Positions 1 to 11,373 of a stretch of DNA of 64,000 bases are shown one piece after another (within the stretch, counting starts at the first letter, position 1; every line of letters starts with the position of its first letter). The position numbers and the translations under genes are program-made. This stretch comes from Octopus vulgaris (Eukaryota). Under the pieces are notes generated by a model. That model saw only the letters and a list, made by a program, of their open reading frames with translations. It was not told the origin of the DNA and did no database searches. The stretch lies in assembly GCA_951406725.2 (NCBI GenBank), contig OX597814.1, forward strand, positions 53,692,001 to 53,756,000. Reading direction: 5' to 3'.

Positions 1-92
1 CGGGTATACGACGCCGATGTATAACAGCGATATATCAATATCCATCGTTCTCGTTTACCAATGGGGCGGGTGACTCTGACGCCATCCCGTAG
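1..92 (-). other. Candidate host-gene exon running off the window start (product unknown)
   Basis: The - strand shows a branch-like CTTAAT, a pyrimidine tract and TTTTTAG acceptor (AG at 94-93), then CpG-rich unique sequence. Phase-0 frame is open (LRDGVRVTRPIGKRERWILIYRCYTSASYT); an alternative internal ATG frame reads MDIDISLLYIGVVYP. Confidence 0.35.
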
Positions 93-123
93 CTAAAAAG
101 AGCATGAACAAAACACAAACATT

Positions 124-166
<43 letters not shown>

Positions 167-342
167 GGCGGGCGTGCGGGCGGGCGGACGGGCGTGTGAG
201 TGAGTGTTTAATTTCTTACTTACTTTGACCATTGGACTGTGGTCATGCTGAAAGGTTCTAGTTGAACAGTTTTATTTTTACATAAGTTTATCAGTTGCTA
301 GGAACCTTTCGAATAGCTTCAGTGGACAGTTTCGTCAATATA

Positions 343-1583
343 TTAGGTTGTCAAGAAAGTTCTTGTGGTTTTTAACCTTTAAATTCAGATGCACATATCT
401 CGACTCAAACAATACTTTATTAATCGAAATAAACACCATCAGAATCAACACACTTTTGCCAACGTGAAACAAGTTTATTTATGCCAGTAGCGTAAAAATC
501 CTGTGTTCTGGTGGCGAGGAAGTCGTTGAAGGCTTGGTTTTTGAAGCATTTCTCACACGGGAAGTTGTCGAGATGCTTGAAAAAGTGGTAGTCGGTAGGC
601 GAGAGGTCTGGTGAGTATGGCGGATGAGGCAGAGTTTCGTAGCCCAATTCATTCAACTTCTACAGGGTCAGTCGTGCGACGTGCAGCCAAGTGTTGTCGT
701 GGAGAAGAATTGGTCCTTTACTATTGACCAATGCTGTCTGTTGTTGTCGGAGTTTCTTATGCATTTCATCCATTTGCTGACAGTACTTCGCCGTAATGGT
801 TTCGCCTGGATCCAAAAAGCTGTGATGGATAGGACCGGCCGCAGACCACCAAACAGTCACCATGACTTTCTTTTGGTGCAACTTTGGCTTCGGAATGTGC
901 CGTGGAGCTTCGTCGGCGTCCAACCACTGAGCTGAGCGTCGCCGATTGTCGTAAAGAATCCACTTTTCATCGCAAGTCACAATCCGGTCGAGAAACGGGT
1001 CGTTCCTGTTGCGTAAAATAAGGGAAGACGACACTTCAAAACGGTGTGTTTTTTTGTTGGTTTTTTTTTTGTCGTTCAATTCGTGCGGCACTCATTTCTC
1101 AAGTATTTTTGTTTTTCCAATCTCCTTCAAGTGGTTGGAAATTGTCGTAACGTTACGTCTAATTCAGAAGCAAGCTCTCGAACAGTTGTGCGTAGATTGG
1201 CTTCGACTATGGCTCTACGCTTATCATCATGACTCTCGTCACTGCTACGAAATTTCTTGAACTACCATTGTGCTGTACGTTCATTAGTGGTTCCTGGACC
1301 AAACGCATTGTTGATATCGTGAGCTGCTTCGGCAGCTTTTCGGTCTAGCTTGAACTGGAATAAGAAAATTGTGCGAATTTGCTTTTGGTCCATGTTTTAT
1401 TCAACGTTTCGGGAAAAAATGGCCTAATTATTCAAAAAGGAAAAGAGTAACACGATTAGATAGAGCGAAAAACGGGCTTTAAAATGATATATAAAGTCAA
1501 AGTATTTTAACGAAAATAAATTTGAAAATACATCATTTAAAACCAAAATTAAAAATTCCGCAAGAACTTTCTTGACAACCTAA
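343..1583 (-). mobile_element. Full-length but defective mariner transposon, Hsmar1-like (cecropia subfamily)
   Basis: TIRs TTAGGTTGTCAAGAAAGTTCTTG at both ends, TA duplication at 341-342 and 1584-1585. Transposase 1393->420 has frameshifts but keeps MDQKQIRTIFLFQFKL, PHEL, TCDEKW, LLHDN, HPPYSPDLSPTDYH and RWQKCVDSDGVYFD. Confidence 0.95.
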
Positions 1584-1971
1584 TACAATGACTTGTATGT
1601 CTACTTAATCAATAAATTAATCAATAAATTAACGGAACAATTAGTCCAGTACAATTCTCTTCAGAACTTAAAGTAATTGTGGTAGATTTTCAAATTCTCG
1701 TTCAGACATACTTCCCCAAGCATCCTGCATACAAATCTGAAGAGGCTGATTGAGATCTGACCGTTCCATTTGTTTATTGCTAAATTGATTAATTAATTAA
1801 TTAATTAACTATATATATAAGCCATTGTATGGCAATGAAGCAATTTTTCAAGCCATTCAAAATGTTCATAACTGTGAATAATATCACGTAAAACCTAATT
1901 CTTCATTCTTTGTCTGATTCCACTTATAGCCTGCGATTAATGTACCAACCAATCGACTTGGGAATAACTTC

Positions 1972-2183
1972 CGATAGGAGTGCTGAAAAGTTCCTGGCTT
2001 TAAGGGTGTCGCGAAAGACCTGGTTGGAGGTCCAAACTTCCGAGTTCTTTTGCAGGGTTTAGGAAACCGAAGGACTGCTACAATACGTATGTGAATTTGA
2101 GAATGAAATATGTTGAATAAAAACATGACTGATTCTGCTGTATTTTCTTTTACCCAAAGCCAAGAACTTTTCTGCACCCTTCG
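1972..2183 (+). mobile_element. Mariner-derived MITE (~210 bp)
   Basis: Imperfect TIRs GTGCTGAAAAGTTCCTGGCTTT / AAAGCCAAGAACTTTTCTGCAC; interior retains a transposase C-terminus relic (YNTYVNLRMKYVE*). Confidence 0.75.
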
Positions 2184-2194
2184 TATATAAATAT

Positions 2195-2330
2195 ATATGT
2201 GTATGTATGTGTGTGTATGTATGTATGTATGTATGTATGTATGTATGTAGGTAGGTAGGTATGTAGGTAGGTAGGTAGGTAGGTAGGTAAGTAGGTAGGT
2301 AGGTAGGTAGGTAGGTATACATACATATGT
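2195..2330. repeat. Compound (TATG)n/(TAGG)n microsatellite
   Basis: Direct inspection. Confidence 0.95.
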
Positions 2331-2724
2331 GTCATGCAGAGTTAGCGCTTAGAATCTTTGAACGCTTTGTTTATTTCCATAGTGTCGATGTGGTATACGA
2401 GTCATAAAAAGTTCATTCAAATCTTTTGTTATTAGAGTTATCTGCACCGTGTACAGTGAGGTCTCGCCGTGCGTCAGTGAGCCGAGCGTGTTGAACACAG
2501 TCATCATAGGGGAACAACTTCTCCTATGATGTGCACCACAGCGACTAACACATTTTGCGTCTGAACCTACCTAGCCATTTTAAGAATAAATGTGCGAATA
2601 ATCGTTGTTAGAGTTATTATAACTAAAAGAAATGATAATTTTATTGTTTTTATTGAGTTTCATTTATGTAATTGTAAATCGTTTGGCGGCTGTGTTCGGT
2701 TTTATTACAGCTATGTCTTATATT

Positions 2725-2920
2725 TTTGACTTGTTTCAGTCATTGGACTGCGGCCAGGCTGGGGAATCTTCTTGAAAGGTTTAGTCAAAGAAATAACCCC
2801 AAATACTTATTTTTTAAAGCCTGGTGCTTATTCTGTTGTCCCGTTAAGTTATGAGAACGCAAACAAACCACTACTGGTTGTCAAGCGGAGATGGCAAACA
2901 GACATAACAGAAACACAAAG
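2725..2920 (-). mobile_element. SINE family A, 3' fragment
   Basis: Reverse complement of the 3' half of the full copy at 59598-59997. Confidence 0.75.
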
Positions 2921-2928
2921 GCACAGGC

Positions 2929-3223
<295 letters not shown>

Positions 3224-3432
3224 AAATAGAAAGATGAATTTTCTTGTAACAGATTATTCAAAGGTTTAACCGATACCTGGGTAGCAAAAATCACAGCGGA
3301 AAACAGCACGGTTGGAGATAAGACCATTTGGTGTTGCAACCGTGCGTTGGAGCGGATAATTGAAGTTTAATATTATTAGTGAATGGAATAAATGGAGTTG
3401 AACGAAGATTGTACAGAATACCTTTTATTACA

Positions 3433-3512
3433 TTCTACACATGTTTCGAAGGCCGCAAATTTCCAAATTCTGTTTAAATAAGGGTACCATATTGCGGCTT
3501 TCTCTTCAGGAA
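3433..3512 (-). ncRNA. Type I hammerhead ribozyme motif with long stem II
   Basis: - strand: ttc-CTGAAGA-gaaagccgcaa...ttgcggccttc-GAAA-catgtg-TA-gaa; near-palindromic stem III, GUA triplet, AATAAA just downstream. Confidence 0.65.
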
Positions 3513-3713
3513 AAAAACAGGAATTCCGTTGACAGGACAAAACAAAACAGAGGCACAGCAATTCGAACGAAGATGCTCCTTAGGAGCCCATGGCTGAACT
3601 CAAACAGACACTCACTCTGACGGAAATATGCCTTAGTAAAAAAGGAAAAAAATTATTTCGTGCAAATCTGACCCTGATACATACGATACAGCTAAGGGTC
3701 AGACCCGATTCTG

Positions 3714-4250
3714 ATTGGTCAACAAGTTGATGACGTCTAGCTCTGCTAGAATGGACAGGATACAAACAGGGGACAGTCATTAGTCAGAATATTGATGACG
3801 TCCTTTTCTGCTTGAATAGTCACCTAACAAGTACAGACAGGGGGCAGATCTAATGTAGCTATAAGTCGTGATTGGGTAGAATCTGGATGACGTCCCGCTC
3901 TGCTTGACTAACGAAGCGACTGGTCAAAACAGGAAACAAACAAGAGGCAGATATAATGCAGCGATTGGTCAAAATAATGATGACGTCCCGTTCTACTTGA
4001 CTAACGAAGCGACTGGTCAAAACAGGAAACAAACAAGAGGGAGTTATAATTCAGCGATTGGTCAAAATAATGATGACGTCCCGTTCTACTTGATTAAAGC
4101 CACCTAACGAAACGATTGGTCAAAACATTGATGACGTCACGCTACGCTAGATTGACCACCTAACAGGCATTATAAAACCGAGCATTTCACAAAAACTCAC
4201 TAGAACCACCCAGCGAACTTCCACCATGGGTCATCACAATTGCTTAAGGT
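3714..4250 (+). promoter_or_regulatory. Array of six inverted-CCAAT/CRE modules followed by TATA, Inr, Kozak ATG and splice donor
   Basis: ATTGG at 3714, 3779 (ATTAG variant), 3871, 3964, 4057 and 4115, each starting 17 nt before TGACGTC (3731, 3796, 3888, 3981, 4074, 4132); TATAAAA 4171; TCACT 4197-4201; CCACCATGG 4221-4229; AG|GTAAA at 4249. Confidence 0.6.
3904..4093. repeat. 93-bp tandem repeat, 2 copies, inside the promoter array
   Basis: TTGACTAACGAAGCGACTGG starts at 3904 and 3997. Confidence 0.9.
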
Positions 4251-4615
4251 AAAAATGAATTCCTCGCTCTTTCGGAAACATCAATCTTCTGTATTGACCG
4301 CTTTCCACCACTTTGATCTGTTTTTTGTATTGAATACGTATCGCCACCGTGGGCCACTGCATCGAACACTTTGAACATATACTTCAAACTATATATCAAC
4401 TATACATGAACTATATATCAACTATACATGAACTCTAAGATGTCTGACTCCGTTGTGTATTATAAATGAATTTCTTGTGTTTGACGGCATGAGCTGTCTT
4501 TTTTTATATATAACTTTTTTTGATAAGGTTCATTTCAGGAACTGAAACATGTTATAATGTATATATAAAAATTAAAAATTGTATAATACAGCAGCATTTT
4601 CGAACTTCATTTTTT

Positions 4616-4664
<49 letters not shown>

Positions 4665-4666
<2 letters not shown>

Positions 4667-5210
4667 TAAATGAAATAAAATATATGCATATATATAAACA
4701 TATATGTACGTACCTACCTCTACATGTACATATACACGCATATATGAGTACAGGACACCAAAGGGACGTCGAACACAAAGAGAAACGAAAACATAGACAC
4801 AAACCAAAGGAACTGGACATTTTTTTAAAAACAACAAAAAATAGAGTACAGGACAATTAACACAAAGAAAAAAAACCTTCTTCAGTCGCTATGGTTTCAT
4901 CTACTCTACGTTTCGAAGGATAAAAGCGAGACGTATCTTCGACAAGAAACTTTCCTTCCTGCGAAAAGCAAATCAATTAAAATTCTGAGATCTTTTCGCA
5001 GAGGGGTAAAAAATGGTTTAAAAATGGTAAAAAAAACAGGACAGTAACGACAGTACAAAAATATAAACAGTAAAAGACGGGACAGGGAAAAACAAGATAA
5101 GAAGGGCTGTTGACGCCGAACGAAAAAAGTATTGCAAACGCAGAATTTTTTGTGAACGGCAGGGGAGCAGGAAGAATGTCGTCCAGTTACCTTGAAAGGC
5201 CAGGCCAGAT
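4665..5210 (-). mobile_element. Probable Penelope-like terminal fragment (family B)
   Basis: Homologous in reverse orientation to 28930-29200; decayed GAAGA...CGAAACGT core; bounded by (TA)n. Confidence 0.45.
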
Positions 5211-5446
5211 ATATATATATATACATACATATATACATATATATATAAGTTAATTAGAAGATATATCTTAAAGGGATAATTACATCCAAGAAAACACTGG
5301 TTCTATACCTTATGTCTTTGGGAAACAAAATTTCCCTAAATCAATAGGTATGTATTAAGTATATAATCCGTATTAAATTAAGAGAAGAAAATGTAGAGTT
5401 AGTGGTTAATATTTATATATTTATCAATAAATTAATAATAATTTCT

Positions 5447-5540
5447 TCCTACACCTGTTTCCATTTGTACTCATTGAATAAATTACAAATTTATGCAATA
5501 AATTAACATTTATAAGTTATGAGCAAAATATCCTCAGGGA
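5447..5540 (-). ncRNA. Type I hammerhead ribozyme motif inside an inverted-repeat PLE end
   Basis: - strand: tcc-CTGAGGA-tattttgctcat...atgagtacaaatg-GAAA-caggtg-TA-gga; flanked by imperfect inverted repeat 5361-5482 / 5542-5657. Confidence 0.6.
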
Positions 5541-5694
5541 TGTTTATTTAATGAGTACAAATGGAAACAGCTATAGGAAGAAATGATTATCAATTAATTA
5601 ATAAATAAATATTAACAACTCCCCATTTTCTTCTTTTAATTTGATACAGATAATATATGTGTGTGTGTATGTATGTATGTATATATGTATGTGA

Positions 5695-6010
5695 AGCCGC
5701 ATGGCTCAGTGGTTAGAGCGTCGAGGTTGTGAGTTTGAATCAAGGAACCGGGCTGTGTGCTGTGTTCTTCAGCAAGATACTTTATTTCACGTTGCTCCAG
5801 TTCACTCAGCTGTAGAAATGAGTTGCGACGTCACAGGTGCCAACCTATATCGGCCTTTGCCTTTCCCTTGAATAACACTGGTGGCGTGGAGAGGGAAGGC
5901 CGTATGCATGGGTGACTGCTGATCTTCCATAAACAACCTTGATCGGATTTGTGCCTGGGAGGGTGACTTTCTAGCTGCAATCCCATGGTCAGTCATGACC
6001 GAAGGGGGTT
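5695..6010 (+). mobile_element. tRNA-derived SINE with CORE-like central domain (family B)
   Basis: A box TGGCTCAGTGGTTAGAGC; central AGCAAGATACTT...CTCAGCTGTAGAAATGAGT; partial reverse copy at 57275-57437. Confidence 0.7.
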
Positions 6011-6055
6011 TCAGCTATGTATGTGTGAATATATATATATGTGTGTGTATATATG

Positions 6056-6122
<67 letters not shown>

Positions 6123-6142
6123 GTATGTATTATGTATGTATG

Positions 6143-7282
6143 TATAAACACTATCGGTGCACATACATAGTGTATTCGTTTCGTTTATACGTTCATTTGC
6201 TGCGGGACAGTGTCCAAGGAAAGCTCCTCACCGACACGAATGTTAAGGAACACCTGAATATCATAGACCAGGCGTGACAACTTGTCACGAATGATCGAGA
6301 ATGGTAGATACTGATATTTCGCCTTTATTGTGGCTTATCAATGCCGTGTACACGGATCACCACGAAACGAAATGAATTGCTGGTCTAGAACTTATTTGCA
6401 AATAGAGTGAAGTCTACTTGCTAATATATTGCAGCGTAGCACGCGTGAGAGAAAATTAAATTGCAAATTAAAGGCAGCTCTAGTAATGTAAACACTATCG
6501 GTCGCACATACATACTGTATGTGTTTCATTTATACGTTCATTTACTGCGGGACAGCGTCCAGGGAAAACTTCCCACACGACGCCGAGTGTTAAAGAACAC
6601 CAAATGTCTCAGATCGGGTTAGACGACTCGCCTCGGATGACCGAGAATGCTAGATACCGATTGCAATGTTATTATCAATCCGAATATACTTGGTGCACGT
6701 TCGAACTGGGGAACAAGCTACTCACTGCGTTTTGTCACGGAGAATATATCTCGCTTGCTGGCAAATGGTGTGTGTACACCTAGATCAGCTTGCAGTGCCA
6801 CCAACTTAGACTGTGAGATGCATTTCGGAGTAGTTATCTCCTCATCGGTCACAGACACTAGGCAGACGGCGCTACGAGCTGAATTAAGAGATTACCTTTC
6901 TTACGTTTTTCCAGTCTCCGGATCACCGTAAGTAAATTACGGAGGGGATGCGCTAAGCAGTGAATAAAACTGGGGAGAATTCACGAAAAAAAAAAGACAA
7001 AAGACGAGGACAGGTGGTGTAGAAAACAAATAGATGTATTAGTATAACGCTCGGGAATTGAAAAAGTCTTTTATATTTCGAACCTACGCTCTTCCACAGA
7101 AAGGAACACAGAAAGAAACAAGGAGAGAAACAAGGAGAGAGATAAAAATATGTGTAGTGGCTACCGATCTATCATGACGACTGACAAATAAATAAAACTG
7201 CAATGTTATTATCAGTCCGAATATGCTTTATGCATGTTCGAACCGGAGAACAAGCTACTCATTGCGTTTTGTCACGAAGATT
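6143..7282. repeat. Diverged local duplications (6143-6315 ~ 6488-6662; 6660-6742 ~ 7198-7282)
   Basis: Shared AAACACTATCGG...TTTATACGTTCATT...GCGGGACAG and TGCAATGTTATTATCA...GAACAAGCTACTCA...GCGTTTTGTCACG. Confidence 0.85.
6972..7175 (-). mobile_element. Penelope-like terminal fragment, inverted copy of 2929-3113
   Basis: Near-identical reverse complement of 2929-3113. Confidence 0.6.
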
Positions 7283-7984
7283 CTGATATTTCGCATCACT
7301 CTTTTTGCACAGAAGTCCCAGAACAGCGATTCATTTCAAGGCGATCCGACTACATAGTATCGATAAGCCGCAATAAAGTCGAAATATTGGTGAGCAGGTG
7401 GGGTTGGTTCAATTATATTTAGTACGGCACTGAAGGCTATTACTATGTTTGTTAGATCTATAACACAGTATACTGTCGGAATTGATTATACGCATATTTC
7501 TAACAAAAGGAGTAAATATTCTGTGAATTCTTGCCGCATATCGAGAGCGACATGCTTCTGTGCTGTACTATAACGTATCTGTTTTAGAGTTTTGTTTTTG
7601 CTTCGCACCAAAATGGTAAAATTTAGGACTAACACTCGAAGAAACACGATATTGACTTACGGATGTCTTGTCAACTGTCAAAATAACGCAAGTAAAACAT
7701 TGTATATTTTCTCCAAAATTGAAACTTTTTTAATTTATTGTAATTAATGTAATTACTCTAATTAATGAATTACATTTTTTATAATATAATTAATATAATC
7801 ATCATGAAGCTTCAGAAACCCAAAGTGATAAACAAATAATCAATACTACAACACTAGCAATTATCTATGAGTTTTCTTAATCAGAAGTACCTGTCAAAGT
7901 GATTTTATATAAGAAGTTAAGGTGAAATTGGAGTTGCAACTTTCCTGCGTAAGTAAAGACATTATGAAATTCTTCAGCACGCAT

Positions 7985-8031
<47 letters not shown>

Positions 8032-8727
8032 ACCCTCCCCCACCTTAGAGGTGGAATTAGTGCTTCTCAGCCCGATTTGTCTGACCTGTGACTCCTCTCA
8101 AAGGAATGAGAGGCCAAAACTAGTCTTGATATTGCGCCGGTCGTTCGCACCTGTGCCGCGTTTGTCATGACTGAGGTCGGATTCACCCAGCGCTGTGTGC
8201 CGAAGGGACATCCACATTAACGTAGTGTGGAGGTACACCCTAAACCAGAAGATCTTAGCAGTGCTTGTATTGCAATATTGCAGTTCCAAAATTTGGGTGT
8301 GGGTTTTCTCTGAATAATCTTATCTCCACACGCTGTAAGAACAATTATATTTCCATCAATGGTTTACTTACCGATTCTCTGATTTCAACTAATTTCCTCA
8401 AATCACTTTACGAATTAAGGAATATCAAGAATAAAAGATGATATATTATCTTCAATAAAAGTTTCGAATTATTTTCACATTTACTTAATTTCGTATTCCT
8501 ACTTAATTTGCTTATATGTATATGTGTGGTGGGTGTATTTAATGAGAGGAAAACATGAAGAATGAACTTGATATTTCTTTATTTCATCTGATATGTTTTT
8601 GTATTGGGTAATTAATTAATGATGTGACACTACAAACGCAATTTATAAATGCAGCTCATAAATACAGTTTTACAAAGCATTTGATCTCACCGAACACGTT
8701 TCACACGGTGTCAAAATATAAATAACA

Positions 8728-8932
8728 GTAGAAATCATTTTTCTAACCGACTAGCCACTGCCTTCAAAATTTCAGGCCTTGTGTCTTTGGTAGAAAGCAT
8801 TTTTCTAACCGACTAGCCCCTTCCTTCAAAATTTCAGGCCTTGTGCCAATAGTAGAAAGCATTTTTCTAACCGATTAGCCCCTTCCTTCAAAATTTCAGG
8901 CCTTGTGCCTATAGTAGAAAGCAATTTTCTAA
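8728..8932 (+). repeat. 62-bp minisatellite (~3.3 copies) built from a SINE 3' tail
   Basis: GTAGAAA at 8728, 8790, 8852 and 8914; the unit contains AAAATTTCAGGCCTTGTGCC..TAGTAGAAAG, the tail of the Nin/Deu-type SINE (e.g. 63363-63395). Confidence 0.9.
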
Positions 8933-10382
8933 CAAACAAGCAAGCATCTTCTATGAATATTTATGTATCCGATCATGAATGAATTTACATAAAGTTATAG
9001 GCAGTTGAACGTTGTTCCAAGCAGTTTGGCATTTATAAGATATTTAATGTCCATGGCAAGTGAATTGTATACTGAACAATTATTTACGAGTAAGTAAATG
9101 TAAATTGCATATTTTTACATCGGTCCTATATGCTATTCAATATAGGCCCATCTAATTTGTGTAGCTTTACGTAATTAAGGAAAGTTTTTTTAAGAAAACC
9201 CATCCAAAAATATGTCACAATGTCCAACATAAAAACGTTATATGTTCACTTTATCATGGTCCTTTTTAAAAGCATTACATTGAACAGTGTACTTTTTTAG
9301 AGCAATAACTGTATTTAAAAAATCTGTTGACTTCCTTGGCTGAGCTACTGGACGCTACACAGTATTACACACTACAGCAATAAATTTAATGCAAATCGTT
9401 GCATCGTGTGGAACCTCGTTGTTTAAGAGTTAAACAACAGAAAAATCACTGAAAATAATCATGCACCAACTAGATATATTGAAATTTAAAACCTTACTTT
9501 GCGCTACTGAAAAATGTGCTGCAGGGGTTTCAAAAGAACGGTGTAAAGTTAATTAATTTCTTGTAAATAGAATTAGAAAAACGCATCACTTTATGAAATC
9601 ACAAAAGTTCCAAAAACTTTCTGAAATTATAATTAGTCAACTATCCAAAGATCTGACAACTCTCAAGATATTGCGTTACTATTAACATTTCAACTTAAAT
9701 TACTACCAATTTAGTTTTAGAAATTAAATGCCGCTTCTGTATCTTTTAACGTTATTACATACCTTAATATACAATCGAGTACACTTCAAATTTATAACTT
9801 GTCATAATGTCTTTACCTCAATTATGAATACTTATAGGCTCATACTACATACATATTAATTGTGTGAGCCGCGAATTTACTTTGCATGGTTTTACAAGTC
9901 TTGGTATCATTTTCGTGCGTATATGTTGTTGTAAGTATGTGTGTGTATGTGTGCGTGTGCATGCTTGCGTGTGTCTGCGTATGTGTGTGTGTGAGCATTT
10001 CGAACGCTTGTAATTACATAAATGCATATATTTACATCTTTTGTGATTACCAGTACTTTATTATCTCCCCTTCTTCCTAGCTCTCGTGACCAACTACCTA
10101 TTTCTAACTAGTCGCCATGATTGACCGCTAAATCCACAAGATTTTATTCTCTCCCTGTTTATTTCCTTGTGTTCCTTTCTATTGAAGAGCGTAAAATCGA
10201 AACATAAAAAAACTTGCTCACCTTCCCAAGCGTCAAACTAATATACCTGCTTGTTGTTTATACACCTGTCTTTGTCTTTTCTTTTTCTGTAAATTTCAGA
10301 TATATATATATATATACCGGAGTAAACACATAAATGTGAAACAAGGTGGAAAAAAGAGTACTCAAATACCAGTGGTAGAGTA

Positions 10383-10497
10383 ATATGCTTTATTTTAAGC
10401 ACCAGAAAATTCAACAAAATCTGTTACTCTGAGATGAACGGCAACGAGAAACTCAGAGTAACAGATTTTGTTGAATTTTCTGCTGCTTAAAATAAAG

Positions 10498-10502
<5 letters not shown>
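10383..10502. repeat. 51-bp inverted repeat enclosing a truncated hammerhead core (PLE end)
   Basis: Arms 10383-10433 / 10452-10502; centre reads GATGA-acg-gcaa-cga-GAAA-ctcagag-TA. Confidence 0.75.
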
Positions 10503-10580
<78 letters not shown>

Positions 10581-11373
10581 AGGGAAAGATTTTTTCAAAA
10601 AGTTAAGATTAAGAAAAAAACTTTTTAGAGAGCAGAATGGTACTAACCTTTAGGAATGAATTTCACAAATTGTGTATAGGCTTTAATAAATGTGAAGTGC
10701 TTTCAGTTCTCAATGCTATCTAGCACGTGTTATGGCTATTGTATGTAGCGGAAGTTGTTTTAGGTAAAGTTGTTGATTATTTCCGGTTTAGTTTCGGATT
10801 CAGAAACCTTATAAAATATTCTTATTTTACCTTTCGAAGTAGGTCGTTTTCTTTCATCCTGTGTCGTATATCAGGAATGTTGCTGCATTCGAACGTTCTT
10901 ACATTTCTGTTATTTCCTATTATTTATAATTAGACGAAAATTCTCTTCCTTTTTTTATTAACTCTTTTTCTTTTGTTTTTGTGCGTTGACACTCAACTTT
11001 GAATGGAATATTTTACTCAATCGCCGCAGTTACTCTTCCTATGTCATTTCTTTCATATCACCAATCCCTCTTTTGTTTTTTAACGCTGTTACTTAAGTGC
11101 TACCTTTCCTTGCGTGGTCGGAAGAATACAATAAAAACAATTTTTATGCGACTGTACTATCCATAGTTTTTCGTCTTATTTATACGTTGTCCGCTGCATT
11201 CTTAGCCCATTCCTTTCTAACGTCAATTACCTTAGTGATATGAAATACCACTGGCGTAACCACAGTTGTAGTACTATGAAATTTAAATGTTTTGGATTTT
11301 AAAATGCGCTGAAAATATCCGGATTCTGCTCTCTACGCTTTTCTAATTAATCAGAGAGAATGGGTGGGGAGGC

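Noticed and set aside
1600-1810. CTGAAGA motifs on both strands in an AT-rich quasi-inverted segment
   Set aside because: No downstream GAAA/UH; cannot support a ribozyme or a specific element
3904-4107. 67-aa ORF with a 31-aa repeat
   Set aside because: By-product of the 93-bp promoter-array repeat; TTG start and no recognisable domain
6904-6930. GDPETGKT Walker-A-like peptide on the - strand
   Set aside because: Immediately followed by stops and not in the frame supported by the divergence pattern; likely chance
8728-8932. CRISPR-like regular repeat
   Set aside because: Eukaryotic context; units are contiguous with no unique spacers and derive from a SINE tail
9000-9433. Possible piggyBac end (AAGAGTTAA)
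   Set aside because: No matching opposite TIR or transposase motif found
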